Shown one piece after another: positions 1 to 10,021 of a stretch of DNA of 64,000 nt. Numbering within the stretch: the first letter of the stretch is position 1; each line of letters opens with the position of its first letter. Both the position numbers and the translations under genes were made by a program. Source of the DNA: Sediminibacterium sp. (lineage in GTDB: Bacteria; Bacteroidota; Bacteroidia; Chitinophagales; Chitinophagaceae); assembly GCA_027490265.1 (NCBI GenBank), contig JAIXYL010000169.1, forward strand, positions 6,316 to 70,315, written 5' to 3'. The notes beneath the pieces are model-generated. The model made no database searches. It was not told the origin of the DNA and saw only the letters and a program-made list of their open reading frames with translations.

Positions 1-1050
1 TATAGTCAATAAAAATCCAAACCAACTTGGATTTGAATTTAATGTAGCTTCAGGTAAAATGAAAATGTCCTCTAATTGCTTTAGGCTATTATAAAGATAT
101 AGGTGATTTTTTCTTCGCTTTTCAATAAATGAATCAACTTTACTAAGCTGGCTTAAGCCAATTGCGGCTTGCATGTCAGTAGCCTTTAAATTAAATCCTA
201 TATGTGAGTACGTATATTTGTGGTCATAACCTTCAGGCAAATCCCCCAGTTTTTGACAATACCTTTCACCACAAGTATTATCCTTCCCAGGCGCACACCA
301 GCAGTCTCTCCCCCAATCTCTAAAACTTTCAGCAATTTTTTTAAGACTTGCGTTATTTACTAATACCGCACCACCTTCACCCATGGTAATATGGTGTGCT
401 GGATAAAATGAAAGTGTTGATAAATCTCCGAATGTACCAGTCTTTTTGTCATTGTAAGTAGCACCCAATGAATCACAATCATCTTCAATAACCCATAGAT
501 TATATTTTTTTGCAACTGCCATTACAACATCTAAATTAAATGGATTCCCCAGAGTATGGGCAATCATTATGGCTTTAGTTTTTGGTGTAATAGCTGATTC
601 TAAATCTTCAACTTTTATATTATAGGTAGGAATATCAATATCTAAGAGAACTGGAATGCATCCAAATTGAATCATTGGATTAATAGTAGTTGGGAAACCA
701 GCTGCAACAGTAATAATTTCATCCCCAGGTTTTATGGCTCTTTCATTTAATTTAGGTGAGGTTAAAGTATAAAATGCTAATAAGTTGGCGGAAGAGCCTG
801 AATTAACTAAAAAGGAAAACCGTGATCCCATGTATCTAGCTAGACTTTTTTCAAATTGATCAGAAAATCTGCCCGCTGTTAACCAACCATCCATTACAGC
901 TTCTATACCATAAAAGAGATCTTCTTGCGTTAATACTTTACCAGTTACTGGGATATAATGCTCGCCAGGTATGATTGTCCTATTGATTTTTTGGTTTATT
1001 CTATCTTTCAAATAGTCGTTGTCCAAAAGGTCTAAATCTAAATGTATCAT
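1..1050 (-). CDS. rfbH: CDP-6-deoxy-L-threo-D-glycero-4-hexulose-3-dehydrase (E1; RfbH/DdhC, DegT/DnrJ/EryC1 family). Only the first 350 codons are present because the gene runs off the left edge.
   Basis: The frame is absent from the ORF track because it has no stop inside the window. ATG at 1050-1048 ([21 protein letters not shown]...[19 protein letters not shown]). My translation of 420-361 gives [20 protein letters not shown]. This is the DegT-fold active-site strand, with His at codon 220 (nt 393-391) where aminotransferases carry the PLP lysine. That substitution is the hallmark of the PMP-dependent E1 dehydrase. Confidence 0.8.
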   Translation of the reverse strand, partial: MIHLDLDLLDNDYLKDRINQKINRTIIPGEHYIPVTGKVLTQEDLFYGIEAVMDGWLTAGRFSDQFEKSLARYMGSRFSFLVNSGSSANLLAFYTLTSPKLNERAIKPGDEIITVAAGFPTTINPMIQFGCIPVLLDIDIPTYNIKVEDLESAITPKTKAIMIAHTLGNPFNLDVVMAVAKKYNLWVIEDDCDSLGATYNDKKTGTFGDLSTLSFYPAHHITMGEGGAVLVNNASLKKIAESFRDWGRDCWCAPGKDNTCGERYCQKLGDLPEGYDHKYTYSHIGFNLKATDMQAAIGLSQLSKVDSFIEKRRKNHLYLYNSLKQLEDIFILPEATLNSNPSWFGFLLTI

Positions 1051-1060
1051 TTTAATATGT

Positions 1061-2788
1061 TTATGTACCTTCCATATCGATGGGTTTAGAAAATGGTTCC
1101 ATCTCTGTTATTGGTTTTCCAAAAGCAATTTTTGGATATGTATTTGTTAATGGATTGATTAAAACCTGTAACAATAATGGCTTATTAAGATTGTCTCCCT
1201 GCCATAACCAGCGAATTGCATCGTAAACTTCTTCTTCTTTTTCGATGGTTTTTGATGCAATGCCATAGGCAATACTAATTTTCTCAAAGTCCGGTGCAGA
1301 ATATCCCCACCACGTAGATTGATATCTTGATTCAAAATAAGAATCTTGGAACTGTCGAATCATACCCAAATTCCTATTATTCATTACAATCATTTTAATT
1401 GGCAATTGATTTCTATAGATGGTTTGCAATTCTTGAATATTGATTTGCATACAGCCATCACCAATAATAGCAACAACTGGTTTTCTATTTAATGAGAAGC
1501 AAGCTCCAATTGAAGCGGGCAATGCAAAACCCATTGCCCCCATTCCAGCAGAAGTTAAAAAAAGTTGTCCTTTAAGAATCTCAATAGATTGTGCTGCCCA
1601 CATTTGGTGAGCACCAACATCTGCTAAATATGCATTTGAATCAGATGAGTTTTGAGATAAAGTATGAAAAAATACATTTGGATTAATGCCATCAACATTC
1701 AATTCATTAACATCTGGCCATTTTTCCTTTAAACCATCCAAATAATCAAACCAATCTTGTTTCTTTGATTCTTTATGATTTTTATACAATTCAATGAATC
1801 TTTTTAAAAAAGTATTGATTGTACTACAAATTGGCACACATCCTTTAATTCGATTATTAATTTCATCGTTTTCACAATCAATATGAAATATTGTTCTTCT
1901 TTCAAAAAACTTTGTATCGGCACCAGTTTGCCTTATATCTAGTCTACTACCTAAAACAATCAATAAATCACATTCTCCCAAGGCAATATTTGCCCAACGG
2001 TTTCCATAACTACCAATAAAACCAATTCTATTAGGATGTGCATATTCAAGGGCATCTAATGCTAATAAACTTGACACTACTGGCAATTCTGTTATTGCAA
2101 GGAATGTATTAAATTCATTTTCAACAAAAGAAGCTCTTAAACCTCTGCCAACTAACAATAATGGTTTTTTTGATTGTTTAAGTGCAAGAACGAGGTCGGC
2201 AATTTCATGATCAATTGAACTAATATTTACTCCAACATTGTCTTTGTTTGAAATCAATAAATCATCTTGAATGTTTGCTCTCTGTACATCCATTGGTATA
2301 TCGATTAATACAGGCCCAGGCCGACCATTTACTGAAATTTGAAAAGCTAATTCTAAGATTTGGGGGATGTCTTCTGGTTGCTCAATTTTAAAACTAGCTT
2401 TTGTTATATGTTTTGACATTGAAACGATATCAGTTTCTTGAAAACCAAGTTGTCTTATATTTCTATCCCCTTTCTGTTCATGTCGATTAACTTGCCCTGT
2501 TATAAATATGGCTGGTACTGAATCAAAATAGCAACTTCCAATTCCAGTTAATAAGTTGGTAGCACCTGGCCCACTTGTTGCTAATGCAACCCCCGGCAAG
2601 CCCGTTACCCTTCCGGTTGCATCTGCAGCAAAAGCTGCACTTTGTTCATGATGCATTGATACAATATCAATACTAGTCTTTTGATTAATTGAATCTAATA
2701 TATGGGCAATCATACCACCAGAAAGTTCAAAAATAAATTTGACTCCTTTTGATTCAAGGTACTTTGCTATATAATCTGATACTTTCAT
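1061..2788 (-). CDS. Thiamine-diphosphate-dependent enzyme, acetolactate synthase large-subunit-like (YerE-like candidate)
   Basis: 575 aa. N-terminal Pyr domain ([13 protein letters not shown]...[17 protein letters not shown]...TSGPGATNL). C-terminal ThDP motif [31 protein letters not shown] (GDG-X24-NN). No small regulatory subunit gene is adjacent. The gene is embedded in a CDP-sugar operon. Confidence 0.8.
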   Translation of the reverse strand: MKVSDYIAKYLESKGVKFIFELSGGMIAHILDSINQKTSIDIVSMHHEQSAAFAADATGRVTGLPGVALATSGPGATNLLTGIGSCYFDSVPAIFITGQVNRHEQKGDRNIRQLGFQETDIVSMSKHITKASFKIEQPEDIPQILELAFQISVNGRPGPVLIDIPMDVQRANIQDDLLISNKDNVGVNISSIDHEIADLVLALKQSKKPLLLVGRGLRASFVENEFNTFLAITELPVVSSLLALDALEYAHPNRIGFIGSYGNRWANIALGECDLLIVLGSRLDIRQTGADTKFFERRTIFHIDCENDEINNRIKGCVPICSTINTFLKRFIELYKNHKESKKQDWFDYLDGLKEKWPDVNELNVDGINPNVFFHTLSQNSSDSNAYLADVGAHQMWAAQSIEILKGQLFLTSAGMGAMGFALPASIGACFSLNRKPVVAIIGDGCMQINIQELQTIYRNQLPIKMIVMNNRNLGMIRQFQDSYFESRYQSTWWGYSAPDFEKISIAYGIASKTIEKEEEVYDAIRWLWQGDNLNKPLLLQVLINPLTNTYPKIAFGKPITEMEPFSKPIDMEGT

Positions 2789-3723
2789 GACTGCTTATTA
2801 TTTTCAAACTTTTGTTGATAATAATCAATTGTTTTAAATAAAGCCGAATTCAAATTGCAATACTCGATTTTTTTTATGTTTTGAGTGTATTTGTCCATTG
2901 AACCCTCAACAATTGTTGATTGATTGTCTCTTTGCGGGATTGCCCCAAAAGCTAAAACGGTATTGTTGGATTTAAGATATTCATGAACTGTGAGAACAAT
3001 ACGTTTTAATTCAATTGAATTGATGCCAGAAATATTATACACACCTGATATTGGCGTTTCATTAATCAATGGATGCACTAATTTTACAAAGTCATTTATA
3101 TAGATATACGCATATTTTTGTTCGCAAGTACTCAATTCAATTGTACTTTGATTGTTGACTATTTTTTTAATTAGACTAGGGATTAGCCAGTTTTCGGACT
3201 CAGTTTCGCCAAATACTGAAAAAACTCTTAACCAATACCAATTTATATTATTTGATTCACAATAGAATTCAACTAATCTAGAAGCCATTACTTTTACAAT
3301 ACCATATGCCGAATTTGGCTTTAATGTTTGTGCTTCATATGCAACTGACTCAAGTTTACCATATTCTGCTTGAGTTCCAAGTGATATAAAGCTGTGGACT
3401 TTTATTTTTTTTGAAATCTCTAATAATTCAATAAGTAAATTTAAATTATTCAATTGATTTTTAAAATCATCTCGAGACCCTGCTGTAACACCTTCCCAAG
3501 CAGCATGAATAATTATTTCTGGCTTTAATTGAATGACATCATTTTGCCAATCTATTTTATCAGCATTAACCCATGAAATATTATTGATATAATCCTCGCA
3601 TCGCCATAAGTTGGAACTTGACCGTCTTAGGCCAATAACTTGATATTTTTTTTCTGAAAAATACCTCCCTAAGTGTGAACCTAAAAAGCCAGTTATCCCA
3701 GTTATCAGAATTGATTTACTCAT
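2785..3723 (-). CDS. NAD(P)-dependent epimerase/dehydratase-family SDR (candidate CDP-sugar 4-keto or branch reductase)
   Basis: N-terminal Rossmann motif ILITGITGFLGSHLG and catalytic YxxxK (SAYGIVKVMAS). Its stop overlaps the downstream start by 4 nt (ATGA), and its start overlaps the rfbG stop by 8 nt. Confidence 0.8.
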   Translation of the reverse strand: MSKSILITGITGFLGSHLGRYFSEKKYQVIGLRRSSSNLWRCEDYINNISWVNADKIDWQNDVIQLKPEIIIHAAWEGVTAGSRDDFKNQLNNLNLLIELLEISKKIKVHSFISLGTQAEYGKLESVAYEAQTLKPNSAYGIVKVMASRLVEFYCESNNINWYWLRVFSVFGETESENWLIPSLIKKIVNNQSTIELSTCEQKYAYIYINDFVKLVHPLINETPISGVYNISGINSIELKRIVLTVHEYLKSNNTVLAFGAIPQRDNQSTIVEGSMDKYTQNIKKIEYCNLNSALFKTIDYYQQKFENNKQS

Positions 3724-4816
3724 AATTTAAAAAATCCATGATTTGTTTCTCAGTAAAGTGTGTTATACTTTCTGGATTTTCAAAATATGTTTTATACCAA
3801 GCAATTGTTTGTTTTACTGCCTCGTTGGCGCTCCAAATAGGCTTCCAATCCAAATCATTCATTGCTTTACTAATATCCAATTTCAATAGGCCAGCTTCAT
3901 GTGGTTTTTGGGTTGATTCAACTATTTCATAATTACCTTTTCCCCAATCATTAATTACTAATTCTATCAATTCCAAAACTGTTAAAGCATCACTCGCATG
4001 AGGGCCAAAATTAAACGCATCAGAAAATCTTGAAGAATCTTGATTTAGATGGCTCCCTAAAGTTAAATAGCCCACCAATGGTTCAAGTACATGTTGCCAT
4101 GGTCTTACCGAATGTCCATTTCTAATTTTCACTGGAAGACCACTTGAAATTGCTTTTGCAATATCTGGAATTAATCGATTATCAGACCAATCACCACCGC
4201 CAATTACATTACCAGCCCTAGCAACAGCTAAACCTTTATGTTTGGCGTTTCTAATATTATCATTAAAAAAAGCATTTCGATAAGAACTGATAATTAATTC
4301 CGCACATGCTTTACTTGCACTGTATGGATCATAACCACCTAATCGATCGTTTTCTCTGTAGGGATAAATCCATTCATTATTATGGTATACTTTATCAGTA
4401 GTTATCAAAATAGTGTTAACAGCATATTCAATGTCTCTTATAGATTCAAGAAGGTTTGCTGTTCCCAATGAATTAACTTCAAATGTTTCAAGGGGCTCTA
4501 AATATGACTGAAGCACCAATGGTTGAGCAGCAAGATGAAACACAAAGTCTGGTTGAAAATCTACTATTTCTTTTTTTAGGAGATGCTTATCTCTTATATC
4601 TCCAATAATTGATTGACAAATAGTATCACCGTTAATCAAATGATATAAATCGTGCTGGTGTTTGGGTGCTAATGCATATCCTTTCACTTCAGCTCCTAAA
4701 TAATGTAATATTTTTAATAGCCAAGCACCCTTAAATCCAGTATGACCTGTTAGGAAGACTTTTTTACTCTTATATGTATTAACTAATTGACTTTTCATGT
4801 TTACCAAATTTTCCAA
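3716..4816 (-). CDS. rfbG: CDP-glucose 4,6-dehydratase
   Basis: 366 aa with KKVFLTGHTGFKGAWL, LAAQPLV, DKVY, and YSASKACAEL (YxxxK), typical of RfbG/DdhB. An alternative ATG at 4798 would remove the 16-nt overlap with rfbF. Confidence 0.9.
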   Translation of the reverse strand: MENLVNMKSQLVNTYKSKKVFLTGHTGFKGAWLLKILHYLGAEVKGYALAPKHQHDLYHLINGDTICQSIIGDIRDKHLLKKEIVDFQPDFVFHLAAQPLVLQSYLEPLETFEVNSLGTANLLESIRDIEYAVNTILITTDKVYHNNEWIYPYRENDRLGGYDPYSASKACAELIISSYRNAFFNDNIRNAKHKGLAVARAGNVIGGGDWSDNRLIPDIAKAISSGLPVKIRNGHSVRPWQHVLEPLVGYLTLGSHLNQDSSRFSDAFNFGPHASDALTVLELIELVINDWGKGNYEIVESTQKPHEAGLLKLDISKAMNDLDWKPIWSANEAVKQTIAWYKTYFENPESITHFTEKQIMDFLNYE

Positions 4817-5577
4817 GGCGCATTACCTGAATTCCATAATTGTTCAAGTTCAATTCTATCGCGTAAAGCATCCATTGGTTTCCAAAAACCTTGATGTTTA
4901 AAGGCCGATAATTGTTGGTCATTAGCAATATTCGTTAGTGGTAGTTTCTCCCATTGTACATCATCCATATCTCCTTCTAAATAATCAAACACTTTTGGTT
5001 CAAGTACAAAAAAACCACCATTAATCCACATTCCATCACCATCAGGTTTCTCAACAAAATAATTAACGATTCCAGTTTCATCTATTTGTAAATTACCAAA
5101 TCTACCAGGTGCTTTAACACTGGTTAAAGTAGCAATTTTTCCGTGGCTGGAATGAAATTCAACTAATGATTGTATATTGATATCGGCTAAACCATCTCCA
5201 TAGGTTAACATAAAAGTTTCACCTTCAACGTATTTCTGGATTCTTTTAATACGACCGGCAGTATTAGTTGCAATACCGGTATCTACGAGTGTTACTTTAA
5301 ATGATTCTGAATTTGAAAAGTGAACATCAACTTTGTTTTTCTCAAGTTCAATAGTAACGTCAGAATTGTACAAATAATAATTGAGGAAATACTCTTTAAT
5401 TAAATGTGCTTTGTAACCCAGGCATAAAACAAATTCATTGAAGCCATAGTTTTCATATATTTTCATGATATGCCAAAGAATTGGTCGCCCCCCTATTTCT
5501 ACCATAGGCTTTGGCCTTGCCTCAGTTTCTTCCATTAACCTGGTACCTAACCCTCCAGCTAAAATGACAACTTTCAT
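4801..5577 (-). CDS. rfbF: Glucose-1-phosphate cytidylyltransferase
   Basis: 258 aa. MKVVILAGGLGTRL...RPKPMVEIGGRPILWHIM... is the canonical RfbF/DdhA N-terminus. It is the first gene of the operon. Confidence 0.9.
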   Translation of the reverse strand: MKVVILAGGLGTRLMEETEARPKPMVEIGGRPILWHIMKIYENYGFNEFVLCLGYKAHLIKEYFLNYYLYNSDVTIELEKNKVDVHFSNSESFKVTLVDTGIATNTAGRIKRIQKYVEGETFMLTYGDGLADINIQSLVEFHSSHGKIATLTSVKAPGRFGNLQIDETGIVNYFVEKPDGDGMWINGGFFVLEPKVFDYLEGDMDDVQWEKLPLTNIANDQQLSAFKHQGFWKPMDALRDRIELEQLWNSGNAPWKIW

Positions 5578-5613
5578 ATTTCTTAGAATAATTCAACTAG
5601 TAATTTAATATAA

Positions 5614-5955
5614 ACTTCCGTCAAAAAGCATTCTATAAAGAAAATAATTCATATTATTCTCGATTTTCAAAAAGTAGCCATCATTTTTGGCAAAGTGCCA
5701 CTTTTCTATTTTGTTATTCATTTTTACTTGATACATTTCATTACACTTATAGTGCTATTATTACAAGGATTCAATTGGTCTCAATTAGAATTTGCAACTG
5801 GAACCTTTGGAAGACCAAAAGGTATTGAGAGCGGGTTGCAGCTTTGGGCCATTTATATAACTTGGATACTGGTTGTTACGGCCATGTATTTTCCGTGTAA
5901 GTGGTATGGAAAATATAAGTCCTCAAATCCATCCTGGTGGGTTAAATATTTGTGA
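5614..5955 (+). pseudogene. C-terminal remnant (about 110 codons) of a DUF1624 / heparan-alpha-glucosaminide N-acetyltransferase-like multi-pass membrane protein
   Basis: The track ORF 5695-5955 starts at a GTG. Reading the same frame upstream to the stop at 5611-5613 gives ...VAIIFGKVPLFYFVIHFYLIHFITL.... This continues the FG(R/K)VP(L/M)F(Y/F)..H..LIH motif that lies near the C-terminus of roughly 370-400-aa family members. No N-terminal two-thirds is present, so the gene is truncated right at the edge of the sugar operon. Confidence 0.45.
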
Positions 5956-6056
5956 TTTTAACTTTATCTTTTAATCATTTGTAATTAATTGGTTTAATGC
6001 TGATTTTCAATAAGTTTTTCTAAAAATGACAAAATAGTCCTAACTTAACGTATCAC

Positions 6057-6395
6057 ATGCAACTTATGAAGTATTTATTTCTTATAACCTTTTTGATGGT
6101 TTCTGAACATGCTTCAGCACAATCAACCAATTCAAATATTTCAAGAAACCTTAAGCGTCAAAATAATCTTGTTTTATTAGACACAATTCCTTCTTTGAAA
6201 GCTCATAAACAAATAACAATCATCCCCTATTTAAAAGGTTTGCATAAAACGCCTCTGGTTAAGCTAAAAAATAATGGCACTTATCTTGGTAAACTAAAAG
6301 ATGGCTTAAGTCTGTATCGAATGAATTTAGACAATATGCCCTGTATAGCGCCAGACAGTAATTATTCAACTAAAATGCCCATTGCAAAAAGATAA
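6057..6395 (+). CDS. Hypothetical small secreted protein
   Basis: 112 aa with an N-terminal signal peptide (MKYLFLITFLMVSEHASAQ). I recognise no family. Confidence 0.4.
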   Translation: MQLMKYLFLITFLMVSEHASAQSTNSNISRNLKRQNNLVLLDTIPSLKAHKQITIIPYLKGLHKTPLVKLKNNGTYLGKLKDGLSLYRMNLDNMPCIAPDSNYSTKMPIAKR

Positions 6396-6565
6396 TCTTT
6401 TAAAATCTAGCTTAGTGGTTTGGAAATGATTCATAATATATGATTCTATATTACAATTAATTTGACCAGTCGTATTTGTTAGCACTTGTTTAGTACCTTA
6501 TACCTTCAAACTAATCCCCTTTAGGATATTTCTTGTACTATTCTATTCAGTAAACCATTGGCCAT

Positions 6566-7267
6566 ATGAAAACAAGTCAAATTAGTCAACAACCAATATT
6601 GAAAGGTGAAGAAATTAAAGGACTTGATATTCGAGAGGGGATTTTTAATTTAATTAAAGCTGATTTCCCAAATTTTCAAGAAAATGACTTTATCAACATA
6701 GCAGAACTCAATCAATATAGAAGATTATACTTGACATCCTTAATTAGGCAAGAAAAAGGTGAATTAGCAGCTATTGATCGAGATGTAATGGATGCTATAA
6801 AAAACAATGCAATTTTGTCTGAAAATGTACAAGACGATATTGAAGCTGAACTTAGTTTTGGTCAACGTATAGCAGACAAAGTTGCTTCATTTGGAGGCAG
6901 TTGGACATTTATCATCACTTTTTTTTCATTTATTTTAATTTGGATAGCGACCAATATTTGGGTACTTGCTCAAAAGCCATTTGATCCATATCCTTATATT
7001 TTATTAAATCTTATTCTATCATGTTTGGCAGCAATTCAAGCACCAATAATCATGATGAGTCAAAATAGACAAGAGCAGAAAGATCGTCAAAGAGGTGAAC
7101 ATGATTATAAAATCAATTTAAAAGCAGAATTAGAAATAAAATTGTTAAGTGAAAAAATTGACCATTTATTAGTACACCAGAATAAAAAACTGTTAGAAAT
7201 CCAAGAAATTCAAACAGACTATCTTGAAGATTTAATGAAGGCACTAAAGAAGTCTGAGCATCATTAA
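6566..7267 (+). CDS. DUF1003 domain-containing membrane protein
   Basis: Two TM helices followed by SQNRQEQKDRQRGEHDYKINLKAELEI, the characteristic DUF1003 core. Confidence 0.75.
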   Translation: MKTSQISQQPILKGEEIKGLDIREGIFNLIKADFPNFQENDFINIAELNQYRRLYLTSLIRQEKGELAAIDRDVMDAIKNNAILSENVQDDIEAELSFGQRIADKVASFGGSWTFIITFFSFILIWIATNIWVLAQKPFDPYPYILLNLILSCLAAIQAPIIMMSQNRQEQKDRQRGEHDYKINLKAELEIKLLSEKIDHLLVHQNKKLLEIQEIQTDYLEDLMKALKKSEHH

Positions 7268-7273
7268 TCAATA

Positions 7274-8062
7274 TTGAATGCTTTATTTAAAATGAAAAAT
7301 AAACCAATCATAACAAACGAATCTGATAAAAGTATCGCTCAATACTTTGGAGTAAATTTAGCTGAATTACTCGGCGATAAAATTCATTCAGTCTATAGAC
7401 GCTTCAATAAGCAGTCATATATTGATGCTGTAAAATCTGTTTTTGCTGAAATGAGCTATAGCCAAAGGATTTTGTTGCATGCTGAACAATTACAGCTGCA
7501 TTTGCCAAAAGATTATCCAAAAGCAATTCAAATACTGATGTCTACTTTAGGAGAAGAGAATCCGGATGAGACAGGTATGTTCACCAACTTTTATTGGATC
7601 ATGCCGATAGGTAAGTTTGTAGAAATATATGGCCTTAATCATTTACAAGAATCAATGCTAGCGATTGAAGCCATTACCAAGCGCAATACAGGAGAATACG
7701 CCATTAGACCATTCATCAAGCAATATCCCCAAGCAGTATTAAAAACAATGACCAAATGGGCCAAATCAAATAATTTTCATTTAAGAAGATTAGCCAGTGA
7801 AGGGTTGAGGCCCAAATTACCTTGGGCAACCAAGTTGGATTTGTTTATTGATAATCCTCAACCAGTATTTAAGATTTTAGAATTATTAAAAGAAGATGAA
7901 GTGATGTTTGTTAAAAAGTCTGTAGCCAATCATTTAACAGATTGGTTAAAGGTAAATAAAACAGCAGCGACTGCTTTAATCAATCAGTGGGCAACGACTA
8001 ATCATCCTCAAACAAATTGGATCATTAAAAGAGCAACTAGAAAAATTAACATCAATGAATAG
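7274..8062 (+). CDS. DNA alkylation repair protein (AlkC/AlkD HEAT-like repeat family)
   Basis: The motif HLRRLASEGLRPKLPWA and the HEAT-like C-terminal repeats match the family. The track start is TTG; the ATG at 7292 (MKNKPII) is the more likely start. Confidence 0.65.
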   Translation: MNALFKMKNKPIITNESDKSIAQYFGVNLAELLGDKIHSVYRRFNKQSYIDAVKSVFAEMSYSQRILLHAEQLQLHLPKDYPKAIQILMSTLGEENPDETGMFTNFYWIMPIGKFVEIYGLNHLQESMLAIEAITKRNTGEYAIRPFIKQYPQAVLKTMTKWAKSNNFHLRRLASEGLRPKLPWATKLDLFIDNPQPVFKILELLKEDEVMFVKKSVANHLTDWLKVNKTAATALINQWATTNHPQTNWIIKRATRKININE

Positions 8063-8064
8063 TT

Positions 8065-8847
8065 CTAGCCTATGGAACGATCAAGATGCGTATATCCACC
8101 ATCCACATGAATCAATTGCCCTGTAGTATGTGAAGATTTATCTGATAATAAAAATGCAACCATATTGGCAATTTCTTCAGCCGTTGTCATGCGTTGTCCT
8201 AATGGAATTTTCTCCGTAATCAACTTAAGTTTAGCTTCTGGATTGTCAAAAGACTGAATCCATTGTTCATACAAGGGCGTAAAACATTCTGCCACAATTA
8301 CAGCGTTTACACGAATACCATATTTCAAAAGTTCTACTGCCCATTCTCGGGTTAAAGCATTTCTTCCGCCATTTGCTGCTGCATAAGCCGATGTATTCCC
8401 TTGACCAGTTTCAGCAGTTTTTGAGCCAATGTTTACAATAGCTCCTTTGCGCTGCTTCAATGATGGTAATGCATGCTGTGCCATTAAATAATAATGCACC
8501 ATATTTTTATGCAATGAAGCCATAAAGGTTTCATAATTGCCATACTCTAAACCTACCCCATCATTTACACCTGCATTATTAACCAATCCATCAATATGCC
8601 CAGTCATGGAAAGTACTTGCTGAATGGCCCTTTCACATTCGTGCGGTTGACTCAGTTCTGCAGTTACTTGAAATGCTTGGCCATTCATTGCATTGATACT
8701 GGCAACTGCATCCAAATTGTCTGCTTCATTTCTACCTATAATACAAGGTATGGCTCCTTCTTCAGCCAATACCTTAGAAATACCTAAGCCAATGCCTTTA
8801 GCCCCTCCAGTAACCACAATAACTTTATTGCTTAATTGTAAATCCAT
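8065..8847 (-). CDS. SDR-family oxidoreductase, candidate L-fucose 1-dehydrogenase
   Basis: VVTGGAKGIGLGI Rossmann motif plus YAAANGG (YxxxN/K region). It is the last gene of the fucose operon. Which of the two SDRs catalyses which step is inference. Confidence 0.65.
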   Translation of the reverse strand: MDLQLSNKVIVVTGGAKGIGLGISKVLAEEGAIPCIIGRNEADNLDAVASINAMNGQAFQVTAELSQPHECERAIQQVLSMTGHIDGLVNNAGVNDGVGLEYGNYETFMASLHKNMVHYYLMAQHALPSLKQRKGAIVNIGSKTAETGQGNTSAYAAANGGRNALTREWAVELLKYGIRVNAVIVAECFTPLYEQWIQSFDNPEAKLKLITEKIPLGQRMTTAEEIANMVAFLLSDKSSHTTGQLIHVDGGYTHLDRSIG

Positions 8848-8855
8848 ATGATTAT

Positions 8856-9683
8856 TTATAATTGATAAAATGTTTTTGCAGTTAACCCATCTAATTTTGC
8901 ACGCTCATCTTTAGAAAATTGATTGAAATAACTATTGATTATTTCTCTGGTTTGATCATAAGACCCTCCTAATAAGCAAACTGGCCAATCACTGCCGAAC
9001 ATTAATCGATCTACTCCAAAAGCTTCAACTATAGTATCTAAACAATAAGTAAAATCTGCTTTTGTCCAATGCAGCCAATCAGCTTCTGTAACTAATCCCG
9101 ACACTTTGCAGTATACATTTTGATGCTTTGCAATTGATTTGATCCCAGTTTCCCATTCTTCAAATTGTTGCGCTTTGATATTGGGTTTTGCCAAATGATC
9201 AATTACAAATTTTTGTTGCGGGAATTGTTGGACTAACTGCAAAGCATATGGCAAATGTTTGGGATAAATTAATAAATCATAAGTGTACCCATACAATGAT
9301 AAATGCCCAATACCCTTACAGAAATTTGGGTTAAGCATAAAATCAATTGTGGGCTCTGCTTGTAAAATATGTCTGAATCCTTTTAGAAATAAGTGTTCTG
9401 AAAAAAAACTGAGCCGCTCCTCAATATTTGTTGAACATAAATCAACCCAACCAACAACCCCTTTAATAAATGAATATTGAGTTGCTAATTCAAGCAAGAA
9501 TAATGTTTCCTTTTCAGATTGGTCTGCTTGAACAGCAATGCATCCATCAATTTGATGCTTTACTAATAGTGGTTCAAGATCAACAGGCATAAAATCTTGC
9601 TTTAATACCTGCATATGATCATTAATCCAGGCATCTTTTACAGGGTTGTATTGCCAAAAATGTTGGTGGCTATCTATTCGCAT
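8856..9683 (-). CDS. Amidohydrolase-2 family protein (COG3618), candidate L-fucono-1,5-lactonase
   Basis: MRIDSHQHFWQY N-terminal HxH metal motif, and a C-terminal FGSDWPV motif. Confidence 0.75.
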   Translation of the reverse strand: MRIDSHQHFWQYNPVKDAWINDHMQVLKQDFMPVDLEPLLVKHQIDGCIAVQADQSEKETLFLLELATQYSFIKGVVGWVDLCSTNIEERLSFFSEHLFLKGFRHILQAEPTIDFMLNPNFCKGIGHLSLYGYTYDLLIYPKHLPYALQLVQQFPQQKFVIDHLAKPNIKAQQFEEWETGIKSIAKHQNVYCKVSGLVTEADWLHWTKADFTYCLDTIVEAFGVDRLMFGSDWPVCLLGGSYDQTREIINSYFNQFSKDERAKLDGLTAKTFYQL

Positions 9684-10018
9684 GGTAATTCAAATATCTT
9701 TTCCATTAGTACCCATTTCTCTCCATTCTTTGCAACGGGTAATGCTTGTTGAAAAGTCCACATCAATGCTTCCCATTCTTGAACTTTGGGGTTGCTTGCG
9801 TCCATGGCTGCTTTTTTCGCAAATGAAAATTGCGCATCTGCTTCTATTATCATAAACAAACGATTGCCCACATGATAAATATTGAGTAACTGAATGCCTG
9901 AGGCTTTGATACTGGCAAGTACTTCAGGCCATACAGCTTGATGATAAGCAATGTATGATTCAATCAGCTTTGGATCGTCTTTTAAATCTAGTGCTAAACA
10001 AAATTGTTGATTGGCCAT
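9674..10018 (-). CDS. L-rhamnose mutarotase (RhaM/DUF718) family protein, probable L-fucose mutarotase
   Basis: 114 aa with the typical RhaM pattern ...YIAYHQAVWPEVLASIKASGI...NIYHVGNRLFMIIE.... Overlaps the downstream gene by 10 nt. Confidence 0.8.
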   Translation of the reverse strand: MANQQFCLALDLKDDPKLIESYIAYHQAVWPEVLASIKASGIQLLNIYHVGNRLFMIIEADAQFSFAKKAAMDASNPKVQEWEALMWTFQQALPVAKNGEKWVLMEKIFELPCE

Positions 10019-10021
10019 AAT

